A stretch of 64,000 nucleotides of DNA from an uncultured Nitrososphaeraceae archaeon (GCA_963779615.1 CAVZZA010000001.1:256001-320000), one strand, 5' to 3'; positions 10,395 through 22,783 are shown, counted from the first letter of the stretch. Numbers and translations are program-made. The notes: generated by a model from the sequence alone, not told the origin.

Positions 10395-10476
10395 CTATTA
10401 AAAGCAGTCCAGTTATTGAGGTATATAAATAAAACTAATAAGAAAAATATATGCAAAGATAGTAGAAAAATGTAGG

Positions 10477-11091
10477 TTAGTTTTCTAACAATACTTGACC
10501 ATTATTTAGTATATCATCTTTTAAATTAACATTGGATCTTTTAGAAATGATAGCTTGTGGGATCTCAGGTAGTTTTTCTTTTGCCTCATCCTCCAAATTA
10601 TTTTGCACATCATTCAGTATCAGTAATGCATCCTTATCAACTACAGAACCAATTTTTTCCCCATTCATGTTTATGTCAGAATTGATTAATACATCACTAG
10701 ACATAGAGTGAACTTGAGATAAGACATCAGTAGCGGATGGGACAACTTTTGAAAGATCTTTCTGGATATCCGTTAACATTTCTACGGTAGGATTAATTGT
10801 ATCCATCATCATTGAAAATTCAGTCATGGTTGAAAATCGTATTGCAACAACCTCCAAAGCTAAACTTGCATTTTGTGTGTTTTTTCTTAATCGCCTTATG
10901 GCAGACAACTCATTTGCCATGACATTTGCTAATGCATTATTTCCTAGTTTTATATTCTGAGCAATTTTTGAATTAAAACTGGCATCCATATTAGAGAATT
11001 TATTGTCTATGGACTTTAAATTAGAAATTTGCGCGTTTATTACTGAAACAGCATTATTAACGTCATAATAAAATTGACCGCTTTTTTCCAT
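10477..11091 (-). CDS. ESCRT-III/Snf7-like CdvB paralog
   Basis: Coiled-coil protein with ANVMANELSAIRR...LALEVVAIRFST...AKEKLPEIP, typical of thaumarchaeal CdvB paralogs. Confidence 0.7.
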   Translation of the reverse strand: MEKSGQFYYDVNNAVSVINAQISNLKSIDNKFSNMDASFNSKIAQNIKLGNNALANVMANELSAIRRLRKNTQNASLALEVVAIRFSTMTEFSMMMDTINPTVEMLTDIQKDLSKVVPSATDVLSQVHSMSSDVLINSDINMNGEKIGSVVDKDALLILNDVQNNLEDEAKEKLPEIPQAIISKRSNVNLKDDILNNGQVLLEN

Positions 11092-11188
11092 GTATGGTTG
11101 TATTATACAGACATTTGTTAAAAACGAATGTCAAACTCTATAAACAAAAAAGAAAAGTATTTTTAACTACTATCAGGCAGGCTAGATT

Positions 11189-11581
11189 TCAGGATTTTTC
11201 CAGTATCAAGCCATGCTTATCATGGAAATCAATTACTTTGACCTGAGTACCAAGAGGCAGATCAGATGGCGACGAAATTCCAGCTAGAAAACCTGAAACA
11301 TTAAGTTCACACTCATCTAGTTTAAAAACAACCCATGCATAGGAGCTAACATCTTCAAACCCTTCAGGAACTATAGATTGTATTGTATAGGTAATCACTT
11401 TGCCTGTGCCATTATAGGGTACTTGTTTAAATGAATTGGAAAAACATTTGTCACAATAATATACGGTCTCTAACAGAAGATTATTGCATTTTATACACTG
11501 ATTAACCAATATCTTACCAGTTTTGGCAGATTCTATAAAGCGTTCCCTTGAGCCTTGTTTTTTTGATTTAACATTAGTCAA
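11189..11581 (-). CDS. DUF35 Zn-ribbon/OB-fold protein (thiolase partner)
   Basis: CIKC...CDKC then GKVITYTI; directly downstream of thiolase. Confidence 0.88.
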   Translation of the reverse strand: MTNVKSKKQGSRERFIESAKTGKILVNQCIKCNNLLLETVYYCDKCFSNSFKQVPYNGTGKVITYTIQSIVPEGFEDVSSYAWVVFKLDECELNVSGFLAGISSPSDLPLGTQVKVIDFHDKHGLILEKS

Positions 11582-11622
11582 TATGCCACATACCTCTCAT
11601 TCTTCTTCCTTCTTCCTTATCC

Positions 11623-12783
11623 CTATTTCATCTTTTTAAAAATATGAACAGCCGCGCTTGCACCTGTCGCTCCAAAATTATGAGTCATCGCTATTTCGGC
11701 GTCTTTGACAGTCCTCTCTTTTGCTTTGTTGGTAAATTGTTCAAATACTTCTACAACTTGTCCCACACCTGTTGCACCGATTGGATGTCCTTTAGATTTT
11801 AGACCTCCCGATGGATTCACCGGAATGTCACCTTTTAAAGTAGTACGGCCCTCTCTAACGGCCTGAGCCCCAGAACCTTTTGGAAAGAATCCCAAATCTT
11901 CGATGTCGATAAGCTCGGCAATAGTAAAACAATCATGAACTTCGACAAAATCGATATCTTTAGGAGAAAGGTTAGCCATTTTATAGGCCTGATTGGCAGC
12001 ATCGACCGTGCTTGGAATAGTTGTAATATCTTTTCTTGATTGAACAGCTGCAGGTGATGCGCCTCTTCCAGATCCAATGACCTCAATATAGGGTTTCCCG
12101 CTTTTTTTTGCAAATGCCTCATCACATAAGATAACAGCAGATGCACCGTCAGAAAAAGGACAACAATCATAAAGCTTTAATGGAGATGCAACAACTGGAG
12201 AATTCAATACATCATCTATGGTTATTTTTTTCTGGATATGTGCTTTAGGATTGAAAAATCCATTTTCATGGTTTTTTACGGCTATCCTTGCTAAATCTTC
12301 TTCAGTGGCTTTATAGGTAGCAAGATATGCTCTAGCCATGGATCCAAAAAGACCAGGAAATGAGGCGCCATTCCCACCTTCATAAAAATAATCAGAACAA
12401 TATGAAAATAATGTGGTACTTTCAACAGTTCCGGTATGTGTAATTTTTTCAACTCCAAGAGCGAGAACACAATCATAAAATCCAGCAGCAATATTTGCAT
12501 AGGCTTCTCTAAACATAACCGAACCAGATCCACACGCTGATTCAATAGTCAATCCAGGTACGTCAGGTATCCCCAGATTACTCATGATTACTGGAGCCAT
12601 GTGCACTTGTTGGTCTGCAACACCAAAAACATTTGATATATACCCAGCCTTTATATCCCGTGGAGTGATTCCAGCTGAATCAATAGCGTCTTTTGAAGCG
12701 TTAAGAGCTATTTCAATGATACTTTCATTTAATTTACCATATTTTGTACTACCCACACCAGGTACAAAGACCTTTTCACGCAT
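11623..12783 (-). CDS. Acetyl-CoA C-acetyltransferase (thiolase); likely start ATG 12783
   Basis: IESACGSG, KNHENG, DCCPFSDGA, EVHDCF, NPSGGLKSKGHPIGATG. Confidence 0.93.
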   Translation of the reverse strand: MREKVFVPGVGSTKYGKLNESIIEIALNASKDAIDSAGITPRDIKAGYISNVFGVADQQVHMAPVIMSNLGIPDVPGLTIESACGSGSVMFREAYANIAAGFYDCVLALGVEKITHTGTVESTTLFSYCSDYFYEGGNGASFPGLFGSMARAYLATYKATEEDLARIAVKNHENGFFNPKAHIQKKITIDDVLNSPVVASPLKLYDCCPFSDGASAVILCDEAFAKKSGKPYIEVIGSGRGASPAAVQSRKDITTIPSTVDAANQAYKMANLSPKDIDFVEVHDCFTIAELIDIEDLGFFPKGSGAQAVREGRTTLKGDIPVNPSGGLKSKGHPIGATGVGQVVEVFEQFTNKAKERTVKDAEIAMTHNFGATGASAAVHIFKKMK

Positions 12784-13458
12784 ATTTAAGAGATGACCAT
12801 AACATAATAAAAACGTAAAGTGTAAATATGGAGTATACTCGACGGATTTGGACATAAGTCCTTCAAGTCCATATAAACTAAATAGTCCTTTTTTATTTCA
12901 ATAGACTCAAATCAAGACCTTTTTTCACAAACGTCTCATTACGAATTCTAATAATAGTGTAGGTAATGCATGCCAAGAATCAATGATATCAAACACTATT
13001 CTAAAATCAAATTAATGCATCCGGTTTCAGGCCTTTTCTTATCTGCTCACTGGATGCAGTAGAGGATCTCGTGAGGACATTCAGATATAAAAGGCAGCAA
13101 AATTATAAGAAAGCCTGAGTCGCTAAATGGACTAGCAAAAGCCAATACAATATTACGATGGCTACAAATCCAGTTATGTCCATGGTTTAACATAATTCTT
13201 TATTTTATAATTCAGCAGCATATCTATTTTTTTCATTATAATGCACCTGCCTTAGTAAAAACATAGCATTTCATTCATCATACCCATTTAAATCAGCAGC
13301 ATCTGTTATAGGCTGCATTCACTCAAACTACAACTTTAGATAAATATAACTCCAAAAACAATGGCCCAAGCCTATTGAAGTACATATTCTGAATATTCAT
13401 ATAATGAAACAGGTGCAAGTGGGCATATCGAAATTGTAATTGACTAGATTTCATTTTT

Positions 13459-13752
13459 TTATTGCGATTCTAATGTTAACTCTATATTTGGTGTTTGTGC
13501 CCTTATTTTTATATCGACGTTTGGAATATCACTGTATACAACATCGTCATCAGGAACAATAATTTCCTTAACAGTTACGACAACAGAGGACAGATTTATA
13601 ACATACTTCCTATTGCAATTGATAAAGTATACAGAAGAATACTCCAAATCCCCTGTTTTTTCAAAGGTTATCTCATGACCATGAACATCAAAATTATTTC
13701 CATTTAAAATTTCACATAACTTTAAATTTAATCCATCAATTAATGTTGTCAT
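13459..13752 (-). CDS. Hypothetical protein among decayed fragments
   Basis: 97-aa ATG ORF; no recognisable motif. Confidence 0.4.
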   Translation of the reverse strand: MTTLIDGLNLKLCEILNGNNFDVHGHEITFEKTGDLEYSSVYFINCNRKYVINLSSVVVTVKEIIVPDDDVVYSDIPNVDIKIRAQTPNIELTLESQ

Positions 13753-15142
13753 TTTTATTTGTGATCTCTAATAGGATCATTTGCAATCACCATTATTAAC
13801 CGATATCACTATAGTATCAATAGATGACAGTGATGTAGGTTTTATCATTTCAATATCCTTAATAACTTCTGGTTTAACATACACATCGAACACAGGCGTT
13901 CTTCTGCGGTAGGCAACTTCATTCGTAAATAAAGGATATCAAGCTTATGGCGAACATCACAATGATGATTTCCCAAAGTTAAAAGGTTTAACATTTACCT
14001 TAATGAAGGATGTTCAATGCAACATCCTGACTATAATCCACAGCCCTTTACATAGATGAAACAGAACAACGTCCAAATTCTTATTGATAAGGATTGAAAG
14101 CTGACAAATTTAATCATGCAGAAATCAATAGGTTTAATGATATTTTACGGTATTTGAAATAATAAAGTATACAAAAACACTATTTCCCATTTAATAAGAA
14201 ATAATTACAAGTTATGGGCGTATTATTTGTTTATTCACCTAGTCCTTTATTTCACAATGGAGTCAATTATTCATTAATTCTTTTCCTTTTTTTGTCTTTA
14301 AGTTTTATTTTTAATAATTTTTATTACAAGTGATCATTACCAAATGCATATTCTTTTGTAGACTTATGTAATTTTAGATAATTCTTTAATCCACTTACCC
14401 CTTCCATTGATATCACACATACCTTTTGCTGGCTCCCCATCCCAAAGTTTTCCAGGCAAAATTTTTGTTCTAGGTTTCCCACCATCATCTATTGCCATGG
14501 TTGACCACACTCCATCCACAATTTGGTACAGTGAATTGATCCAATACCAACTAAAACATTGCGACTAAACCTACATTCAGTAAGCATAACCAACTGACCA
14601 GGGGTCATCTAATTACCAGTAGGCGCATGATATTATTTGTAGTAACATGAGTAACACCATAACCCCGTATAGCAGCATTAAATCCAATTTTGATTCCAAA
14701 TCCAAATCTATAAAGTCATTCTAGCACTTATACGCAGGGATAAAGCATTGGGAAGTCCTTTCATTATGATGCCTGACAAATAGTTTACAATAGTTCAAGA
14801 AATTTTTTAGCCTTTAGACAAATTACTAAATTCCATAACATGCAAAGGTGAATGGATTTGAAATTCCATGCAAAGAAAAAAACTATAAGTTAAAATTCAT
14901 CTAGCAATATTGGGTGCTGTTCACTTAAGATTTTGTTTTGCTTATTTCTCAATATCGATTGAACTGGAGTATTGAAAACAGTTAATTTGGTCAAATTAAT
15001 ATTTCTCGAATCAGTACAAATTTACCATATATTTGCTTGAAAAAACTGATTCAGACATCCGACAAAAGAAACATCTTTTCTTTAAATGAACAACCATAAA
15101 ATCTTCAAGTTAGATTAATTACTGAATCATTAGTAAAACAGA

Positions 15143-15721
15143 TCAGAGTATTAGAATGGCAGCACTTATCACAGTTGTCCATAATCCATCTTTGTGACCT
15201 TCTGCTGATTGAGTAATATTTTGAGTTTTGTAAATCTTTCCTGATAGCATCCATTGTTCTTCTCTTTGATCCCATGTAAGTATTGGGTCATTAGGTAATC
15301 CTAGTGTTGTAGCAAGCATTTCCATAGCCATATCTTCAGCGTAGTCTCCAGCTTTTTGTGCTGTTTCTCCGGTAGAATGGTGTTCTGACAGATAGCCATG
15401 TAATGTATCATCAACGGGTCTTGCTAGACCAATAGATGTAGCAATTAGTCGGTTTGGCTCATTAGTAGCAGAACGAGCCATAACTGCAAAAACGATCTGT
15501 CCTGGCATTAAGTATTTTCTGCCTTCTTGTCTTGATACTGTTTTGCATAGTGGAGGTTTGATGCTAGATACAGATACTAGATTTAGATCAGCTATTTCTG
15601 CATCACGTAAAGCTAATTCAAAGCTTGTAAGTGAATCTTTGTGTACACCTTTACCTTTTGTTAAAAACATTATTTTTGGGACATATAACGAAGGATCTGA
15701 GGCTGCTGTTGGTGATTTCAT
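15143..15721 (-). CDS. pdaD: Pyruvoyl-dependent arginine decarboxylase
   Basis: SFELALRDAEI..LNLVSVSSI (Ser-Ser autocleavage site), GYLSEHH, WTTVISAA. Confidence 0.9.
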   Translation of the reverse strand: MKSPTAASDPSLYVPKIMFLTKGKGVHKDSLTSFELALRDAEIADLNLVSVSSIKPPLCKTVSRQEGRKYLMPGQIVFAVMARSATNEPNRLIATSIGLARPVDDTLHGYLSEHHSTGETAQKAGDYAEDMAMEMLATTLGLPNDPILTWDQREEQWMLSGKIYKTQNITQSAEGHKDGLWTTVISAAILIL

Positions 15722-15837
15722 AGATACTGGTATCTTCTTTTCTATTATTTAAAATGATAGAGGCCTTTTTGGAGCTTGTAAAGTTAAGATATTTTTTTCT
15801 TGTTGTAGCGGTATATAAATAGTTTAACCATCGTTAC

Positions 15838-16506
15838 GGCTCTGTTAACTTAAGAAAAAGCTATAGTCGCGATTATGCCATAAGCAATATTGACATACAG
15901 AAGGCAGAGAACCAAACCGAAAGATGTTGCCTATTCCCTATATCTTTTCTTCCTGGGTCTCTCTTGTAGAAGCACCGCAAAGGCGTTGAAACGATTTGTG
16001 AAAAGGAGCCATATGTATCAGTCTGGAAATGGATTCAAAAATACAGGCCAAAGAGACTATCAACCAGGAGAAAAAAGATTAATGGATACATTGTTGGTGA
16101 AACCCAGATTAAGGTTGGCTCCCAATGCATATGGCTTTGGGTTGCAATTGAGCCAAAACACAGGGAAATTCTTCAGATTGATGTGTCAGTTGAAAGAGCA
16201 ATGCTAGTTGCCGAGAGATTTATTGCGTCTCTGGTAGATAGGTATGGAAAGCATCCAGTTTCCACCGATGGGGGAACTTGGTATCCGCAAGCATGCAGGT
16301 TCCTGAAACTGAAACATCATTTGCATTCCCCTTTTGAGAAAAGATTGATAGAAAGGGCGATGCAGTACATCAAGGACAGGACAGAAGGATTTGATGACTA
16401 CTTTCCATGCCGAAAAAAGAAATGCAAACTAAAGCATGTAAAACAATGGTTGAACCTGTTTGCTTATTACCACAATAGCGGAATAATCTCTTAAGTTAAC
16501 AGAGCC
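15838..16506 (+). mobile_element. IS6-family element with frameshifted transposase
   Basis: Perfect 18-bp IRs GGCTCTGTTAACTTAAGA; 8-bp TSD ATCGTTAC (15830-37, 16507-14); STDGGTWYPQAC, KDRTEGFDDYFPC; ORF split into 15890-16207 and 16183-16494. Confidence 0.93.
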
Positions 16507-16791
16507 ATCGTTACATATGTAAAAAAAAGGAATATCTTTTTACTTTTGGCAAAGACAGCCCACTTTAGAAGGTGGCTGTACTAAACACTCTTTTTTTTCA
16601 CTTCATTAATAACTTTTACCCATACTTTTAAGATAAGTATATCTAGATATTTTTATAATTCAATGATAATATTAATAGTCATATTCGTATTTGTTATCAT
16701 ATTAACATTGATAATGCAAGGAGTTATTACAATAAATCAATTTAAGGATTATTATAAAGTAATAGATATGTAATAATGAGTATACACAAAG

Positions 16792-17556
16792 GTGTCAGAA
16801 ATTGAATCTACATTTGTAGTTCTATCAAGGGACTACAATAGGGTATATGATTTAATTAGTGAATGTATATTTAACAAAGGGTATGGAATTGAAAAAAATG
16901 AGATTCAAATATCTGATGCATATTTTGACTCAAAAGATGAAATTTTAAAAAATAAAGACATCGCATTGCGTATTCGAACTATCAATGGTAAAATAACTAA
17001 AATAACTTTAAAAATACCAAGAAATGTCACTGAGAATTATTCGGAAAGGATTGAATTAGAAGAGAATTGGTCAAAAGAATCATTAAATCAAATTCTGTCT
17101 AGATTAAATTCCTATTTATATATCGATATAAATAACACTTCATTCAAATATGATGAGGACCCTAAAATATCCTTATTAAACCAGGGGTTTAAAATAATTC
17201 AAAATAGAGAAACCACTAGAATAGTTATAAATGCTGTTGATAAAAAAACTAAAGGAACAGCATTTGAGTTTGCATTTGATACAACTACATATATTTTTGA
17301 TAGCGATGTAATAAGAATTATGGAATTAGAAATAGAATCAAAAAAACACGGAAATAACATAAAGTTAAACAATTTTGTAAACAACCTTAAAGTGAATCGG
17401 TCCTTACTTAAAATCTGGCCTTATAGTAAACTACTAACAGGAAAAGCTATAGAGATATTATTAAACAATAAAAAATTAAAAGAAATGCAAGATTATGATG
17501 AGAAAAATATTTTAACTTTACCCGGGTTGAAAAAGGTTGAATCAATTATAAAATAA
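16792..17556 (+). CDS. CYTH (triphosphate tunnel metalloenzyme) domain protein
   Basis: N-terminal EIES, DAYFD...ALRIR...ITLK...RIELE...ELEIESK, SKLLTG. Confidence 0.85.
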   Translation: MSEIESTFVVLSRDYNRVYDLISECIFNKGYGIEKNEIQISDAYFDSKDEILKNKDIALRIRTINGKITKITLKIPRNVTENYSERIELEENWSKESLNQILSRLNSYLYIDINNTSFKYDEDPKISLLNQGFKIIQNRETTRIVINAVDKKTKGTAFEFAFDTTTYIFDSDVIRIMELEIESKKHGNNIKLNNFVNNLKVNRSLLKIWPYSKLLTGKAIEILLNNKKLKEMQDYDEKNILTLPGLKKVESIIK

Positions 17557-17704
17557 AAATATTTAAAAAGGATTGATACCGATAACTGATATATTGCTTA
17601 ATCTTTAGGCTTCATGTTATTTGGTTTACTTAATAATTGTAATTAGTATTACCTAGTTATTATTAGATTTTTTAGGAGATTATTTAACGTTAGTTATTAA
17701 TTTT

Positions 17705-18380
17705 GGGTTCTTCACCTAAGAAAATGCTATAGCTTGAAGATGCCCTGTTTCTCGTATGAGTGGTACAAGAAAAAAACATATCCTCTTCAGAGCATATGGA
17801 TTATGAATTATATTTTTATTTTTCCCGCCCTGTTATTAAGAGGAGCCTCTGAAAGTTGCTTGTTTTGTCAAAAGAAACCATGCATCCATCTGGAACTGGA
17901 TAAAAAATACAGTCGGAAAAAACAACATCAAAGAAAAAGAAGTTGAGGGGCATGTCATTGATGAGAATGCTATCAAAAAAGTTGGCTCGGCAATCTGGCT
18001 CTGGGTTGCTACAATCGAGCCCAATAACAAGGAAATCCTTGCAATAAGCATATCAAAAGAGCAAAACATGTTTGTGGCAGAGCGGTTTGTATCCAGTTTA
18101 ATCAAAACTCATGGTGAGCATCCTGCTATATCAACAGATGATGGCGGTATCCGGTATCCCCAAGCATGCAGGTTCTTAAAGGTAGGCCGTCATCTTCATC
18201 CCCTTATTGGAAAAGCATCATTGAGAGGACAATGCAGTACATCAAGGATAGTAGAACTGATAGTTTGATGTTTACTTTCCCTGCAAAAAGAAGAAATGCA
18301 AACTAAAGCATGACATAAACTGGTTGCATCTTTTTGTAGATTATCATAACAAGGAATTAAAATTCTTAAGTGAACAGAGC
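17705..18380 (+). mobile_element. Degenerate IS6-family element
   Basis: Right IR TTCTTAAGTGAACAGAGC; fragments WLWVATIEP, MFVAERF, STDDGG.YPQAC with several frameshifts. Confidence 0.85.
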
Positions 18381-18735
18381 AGGATTTGCTATTTTGTAAA
18401 TATAATAATCATATAGTCCACTGTTAAATAGCAACTTAATTTAAATCCTGTTTAATTTGTGTTTTATTTTCAGTTTGTTAAATTAGTCATCCACCCTAAT
18501 TTTCTGAAATACCATATCATTACAATTGTTAATGCAATAGATAGGAAGATTGTTAAAAAAAGTGGAAAATAATTGTATATCGAATTACTACTATTCACAC
18601 TCCCTGGGATACTAATATTCATTCCATAAAATGTGCCTATTACTGTTATTGGAATGGATAATGTAAATAATATAGTTAAAAAACTTAATATTTGATTTGT
18701 ATATTTTTTTTTTTATTGTAATTGAATTTGTTGTG

Positions 18736-19525
18736 TTAAGAGTTGGTTCTCTCCACAACCCATCGTTTATTCTTCACAGAAGGATCGGTCTTTTCGCATG
18801 TCTTCGCATTTTGCTGCTGTCCCCTTTTTCTTTTGTGTGGCATATGAGGAACATATCCCCGGTTGGTTATTTGCGTCTCCATTGCTTTGGAAACATACGC
18901 CCTGTCAAGGCACAGGTGCTGGCATTGCTTTCTCATCCTCTTATTCTTTGTGAGATGTGACTCGGATGGCCGCTTGACAACCTCGTTGTCGACAACATCC
19001 GTTACCGCCTTTATGTCGTGGGTGCTTGCCGGGGTTATGGCAACGGACAGCGGTATTCCATTTTTGTCCGTTAAAACGTGCTTTTTTGTGCCCAGTTTGC
19101 TCCTGTCAACAGGATTATTGCCCAGTCATCGCCCCCCCAAGGGTGACTTTATGGATATGCTGTCAAGCGATTGCCATGTCCACCGGATTCCTTTTTTGTT
19201 GTCATAGTCTTCTAACACCCTGGCCCATATCTTTTTGAAAATGTTCCGGCCAACCCATTCCTGGAACCGCCTGTGTCATGTTGAACCGGAACCATATTCC
19301 TTGGGAAGCATCTTCCACTGGCATCCGGTCCTTAAAACATAGACAATGCCATCCATCACTTTTCTATAGAGAACGATTGGGCGACCAACAGTATTGCCAA
19401 GTTTTTCCACAGGCAAAACGGTAACAATTTCATCCCATAGTTTATCCGGAATCCTGGTGATGGTTTGTTTACGCTTTTCTGCTTCTGATGATGCTGATGG
19501 ATGTGGGACACGTGAAAGCGGAAAA
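18736..19525 (-). mobile_element. IS5-family (IS427-like, two-ORF) transposase fragment, both ends lost
   Basis: [60 protein letters not shown]; homologous to the element at 56281. Confidence 0.88.
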
Positions 19526-20296
19526 GAGTTTTTTCACTACTTAGCATAAAATCTGTATCCTTGAATATTTCAATAGTTTCCTTTGATTCATCCATAACTT
19601 CTAAAACTTTTGAGATATGATCATTTATATCATCAAAATAAGAAATCAAGTCCTCATCTTTATCCTCCTCCTCATCACTACTTGAGAATTTCTTTATATC
19701 TCTAGAGGTTAGTTCTAACATTATCCTTTTTAAAGGAATTACTATTCTTCTAAGCGTTGTTATTTCTCTTCTTTGAATTGCTATCTCTCTGACAATATCT
19801 ATCTTCTCATCAAATACTGCGTCTTCAATATCATCTAAATTTCCTATCACTTTTATTGATATGTGAAATAGATCATCTACCAAAACATCTACAATACTAT
19901 GTAATAGATATCCAGACGTTCTCCCCATAATATCGATTTTATTGTTAGGATCTCCAAATTTACACAATAGAAAAAGATCGGTTAAGGGTTTTAATCTCCT
20001 TGATGAATTGATATTATCCAATTTTTACCTATAAATAATGATAATTGGCCAAAGCTTGGAGAGTTTTTGTCTTTATGAATGGTTGGGAAATGAAGAATTA
20101 TAAAAACATGATCTTCGTATCTATCAATTTTTGGTAAATTGTTTTTTGATAGGCAATCCTCAATATTTAATTCATGAATGGGAAATATATTGGTGATGAT
20201 GTTCATCTTATCCCTTGTAGGTTTTTCAACATATACCCATAATAGATCTTCATTTTGGACTGTTTCAAGCCCTTTTATATGATTAGGTAAATGCAT
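19526..20296 (-). pseudogene. corA: CorA Mg2+ transporter pseudogene (frameshift near 20000, TM region lost at the IS junction)
   Basis: IHELNIEDCL...PKIDRY, LLHSIVDVLVD, YFDDINDH; no GMN motif because IS5 sequence replaces the 3' end. Confidence 0.85.
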
Positions 20297-20370
20297 TATC
20301 CGTGGCCTTGTTTTAACGCTATAGTAGTAAAATATTTGTTAATACTAGAACTTATGTTATCTAATTAATT

Positions 20371-21529
20371 GAGCCCGGGTCATAATTCATAACAAATAAA
20401 GCTAGTCCAGTGGGGTATCATATTTTGGTTGAAACAGATACTGCCCAAAAGACTAGCAACAGATTGTTCATCATCCATTCTAATTAGCATTTTGCATACC
20501 ATAGGGTTGATTGATTGGTCATGTGACAATATCAGTCCAAGCAGTAGTCATCGTAGGGGTAGGCCTTATGTCTATTCCACTACCATGATTTTGAGATGCT
20601 TTGTAGTGCGTATGTGGTTACGGCTTGATTCAAACAGGGCACTGCATCAATATCTTTCCATCGACCTGCCACATAACAGGAAGGTGATGAAAGCATGCGG
20701 TTTATCCAAGTCACCACTGCCAAGCAGACGCACCTTCGATAGACGTTTAAAGATTATCTCTATCGATATCAAGAAAAGGATTGCAACAATGGGGCGTCTG
20801 TTCGTTTCAGAGGGTTTGGTCAACCCGTTCATAACGGCAATAGACAGTACACTTATCAAAGCAAAAGGTCACGTCTGGCACAAATCCTCGATGGAAAAGG
20901 ATACATACCACGTTCGGGTATTGACACAGACGCAAGGTGGGGCTTCAGTCATACGAAAGGATGGATATTCGGGTACAAGTTGCATTTGATATCCAGTACC
21001 GGTTCCATGTCTGTACCCCTATCGGCTGACGTCACAACAGCAAATGTACATGACAATCAAGCCTATCCAGCAATAGCGTCCCGTTTACCCTCCATAACAA
21101 CAAAGAAAACACACTACATGACTGCAGACCCCGGATACGATGACCAAAACCTGTATGATTTGAGCATGGATATGGGATTTCAGCTGATATGTCCTGTAAA
21201 AAGGTATAGAAATACCCCACAAGAAAGGATAAATCTGATTGATTTCTATGAATCCGCTCTAGGACAGGTCATATACTCAAAGAGAGGCACATCCATAGAG
21301 CCGCTGATAGAGCACATTAAATCAGTCTTTAGAATAGACCCATTACCTGTGAGGGGACACGATAAGGTATGTGCAGTTGTTCTTCTTTGAGTATTGCTCT
21401 ATCAGATACTCGTATACTACAACTGCAAGATGCAAAAGGACAATCCAAGAGCAATCAAGCATATGATAGGAAGTTGAGAAAATCCCAGAACGTTGATTAA
21501 ACTATTAAAATGAATTATGACCCAGGCTC
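20371..21529 (+). mobile_element. IS with DDE_Tnp_1-type (IS4/IS5/IS982-like) transposase, frameshifted
   Basis: IRs GAGCCCGGGTCATAATTCAT / ATGAATTATGACCCAGGCTC; flanked by AATTAATT on both sides; IDST, WIFGYKLH, ADPGYDD, IEPL. Confidence 0.9.
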
Positions 21530-21946
21530 AATTAATTATTTAATTTATTATATATTATACCTAAATCCTTTTTCAGTATGGCAATTGGGATGAATTTCCA
21601 GTGAACTTGATTATATAAACAGCCTTGGTGCGATTACTATCGCAAAATATGGCCATGAAATGAGATTTAGGATTGGATTTTCGATATTAGGCATTATGGC
21701 TTGTTACTACTAAATATTAATTGATCCAATACCAAAATTACATCTAAACACCCATACTCCATGTATATCAATAGAAAATAATTGATGGTATTGAATAATA
21801 TAAAATCCAAAACGGTATCGATTGCAATCCCAATGGCAATTTCAATGGCAATAATTACAGAAAATATAATGGCATGATACAGTATTCATTACTGGCCCAC
21901 ATACAATTAAAACTTTACAGACAAATAAACATTAGAAAAAGTTTTA

Positions 21947-22783
21947 TCATAAATTATACAAATCTGTTCTTCTGTTTCTTAACAAAGGAAGATCATTTCG
22001 AACTATCTTAATCCTTTCAAGATCCAAGTCAATTACTTCCAAACCTTCTTTAGCACCCATATCCAGAATTACGATTCCAAATGGATCTATTACCAAGCTA
22101 CGTCCACAAAAAACATTGCCTACCTGATTTGGAGCTATCAAATAAACACCATTTTCTATAGATCTAGCCTTACACATAGTTAACCAATGATCTTCCTTCA
22201 TTGTTCCCTGAACCCATCCCGAGGGGGAAACCAACGTATTTGATCCTTCAATAGTCAATATCCTACTTAATTCTGGAAAACGCAAATCATAACATACCAT
22301 TATCCCCAATTTGCCCAATGGAGAATCAACAGGTGAAAAAAGTTTATCCCCTGCTAATAGCTTTTCTGACTCTTTAAAACCAAGAGCATCATAAAGATGT
22401 AATTTTCTATATCGTGTAACCAGTACCCCTTTATTATTTATAAATAGCGCAGTATCATAAACGCAGTATTGGTTGTCAATATCCTTTTTAGTTGGTTTAT
22501 CAGAATCCGTAGCTGATCGTTCATATATTGTTCCTATAATAGAGATGTCATTTGCTTTAGCGCTATTACATAATTCTTTAGTAAAATTGCCATTAACTGA
22601 TTCTGAAATTGAGAACAATTCTCTAGAGGTTTGAGAATTTGGGGAAAAAGCCATCTGAAATTCAGGAAAGCAAATTATTTGTGCTTTTTTCCTCTGGGCC
22701 TCTTTAATCATCTCCAAAGAAAAAGTTAAATTCTTATCTTTATTGACAGAAGATTTCATTTGAACAATGGCAACTTTTACCAT
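21947..22783 (-). CDS. Carbon-nitrogen hydrolase (Nit family)
   Basis: FPE, YRKLHLYD, VCYDLRFPE catalytic E-K-C triad. Confidence 0.93.
   Translation of the reverse strand: MVKVAIVQMKSSVNKDKNLTFSLEMIKEAQRKKAQIICFPEFQMAFSPNSQTSRELFSISESVNGNFTKELCNSAKANDISIIGTIYERSATDSDKPTKKDIDNQYCVYDTALFINNKGVLVTRYRKLHLYDALGFKESEKLLAGDKLFSPVDSPLGKLGIMVCYDLRFPELSRILTIEGSNTLVSPSGWVQGTMKEDHWLTMCKARSIENGVYLIAPNQVGNVFCGRSLVIDPFGIVILDMGAKEGLEVIDLDLERIKIVRNDLPLLRNRRTDLYNL

Noticed and set aside
12900-14900. Fragmentary reading frames (for example ...GVWSTMAIDDGGKPRTKILPGKLWDG near 14400-14530)
   Set aside because: Look like decayed genes but no family could be recognised
19356-20021. 221-aa ORF as a real gene
   Set aside because: Chimera of frameshifted corA and out-of-frame IS5 sequence
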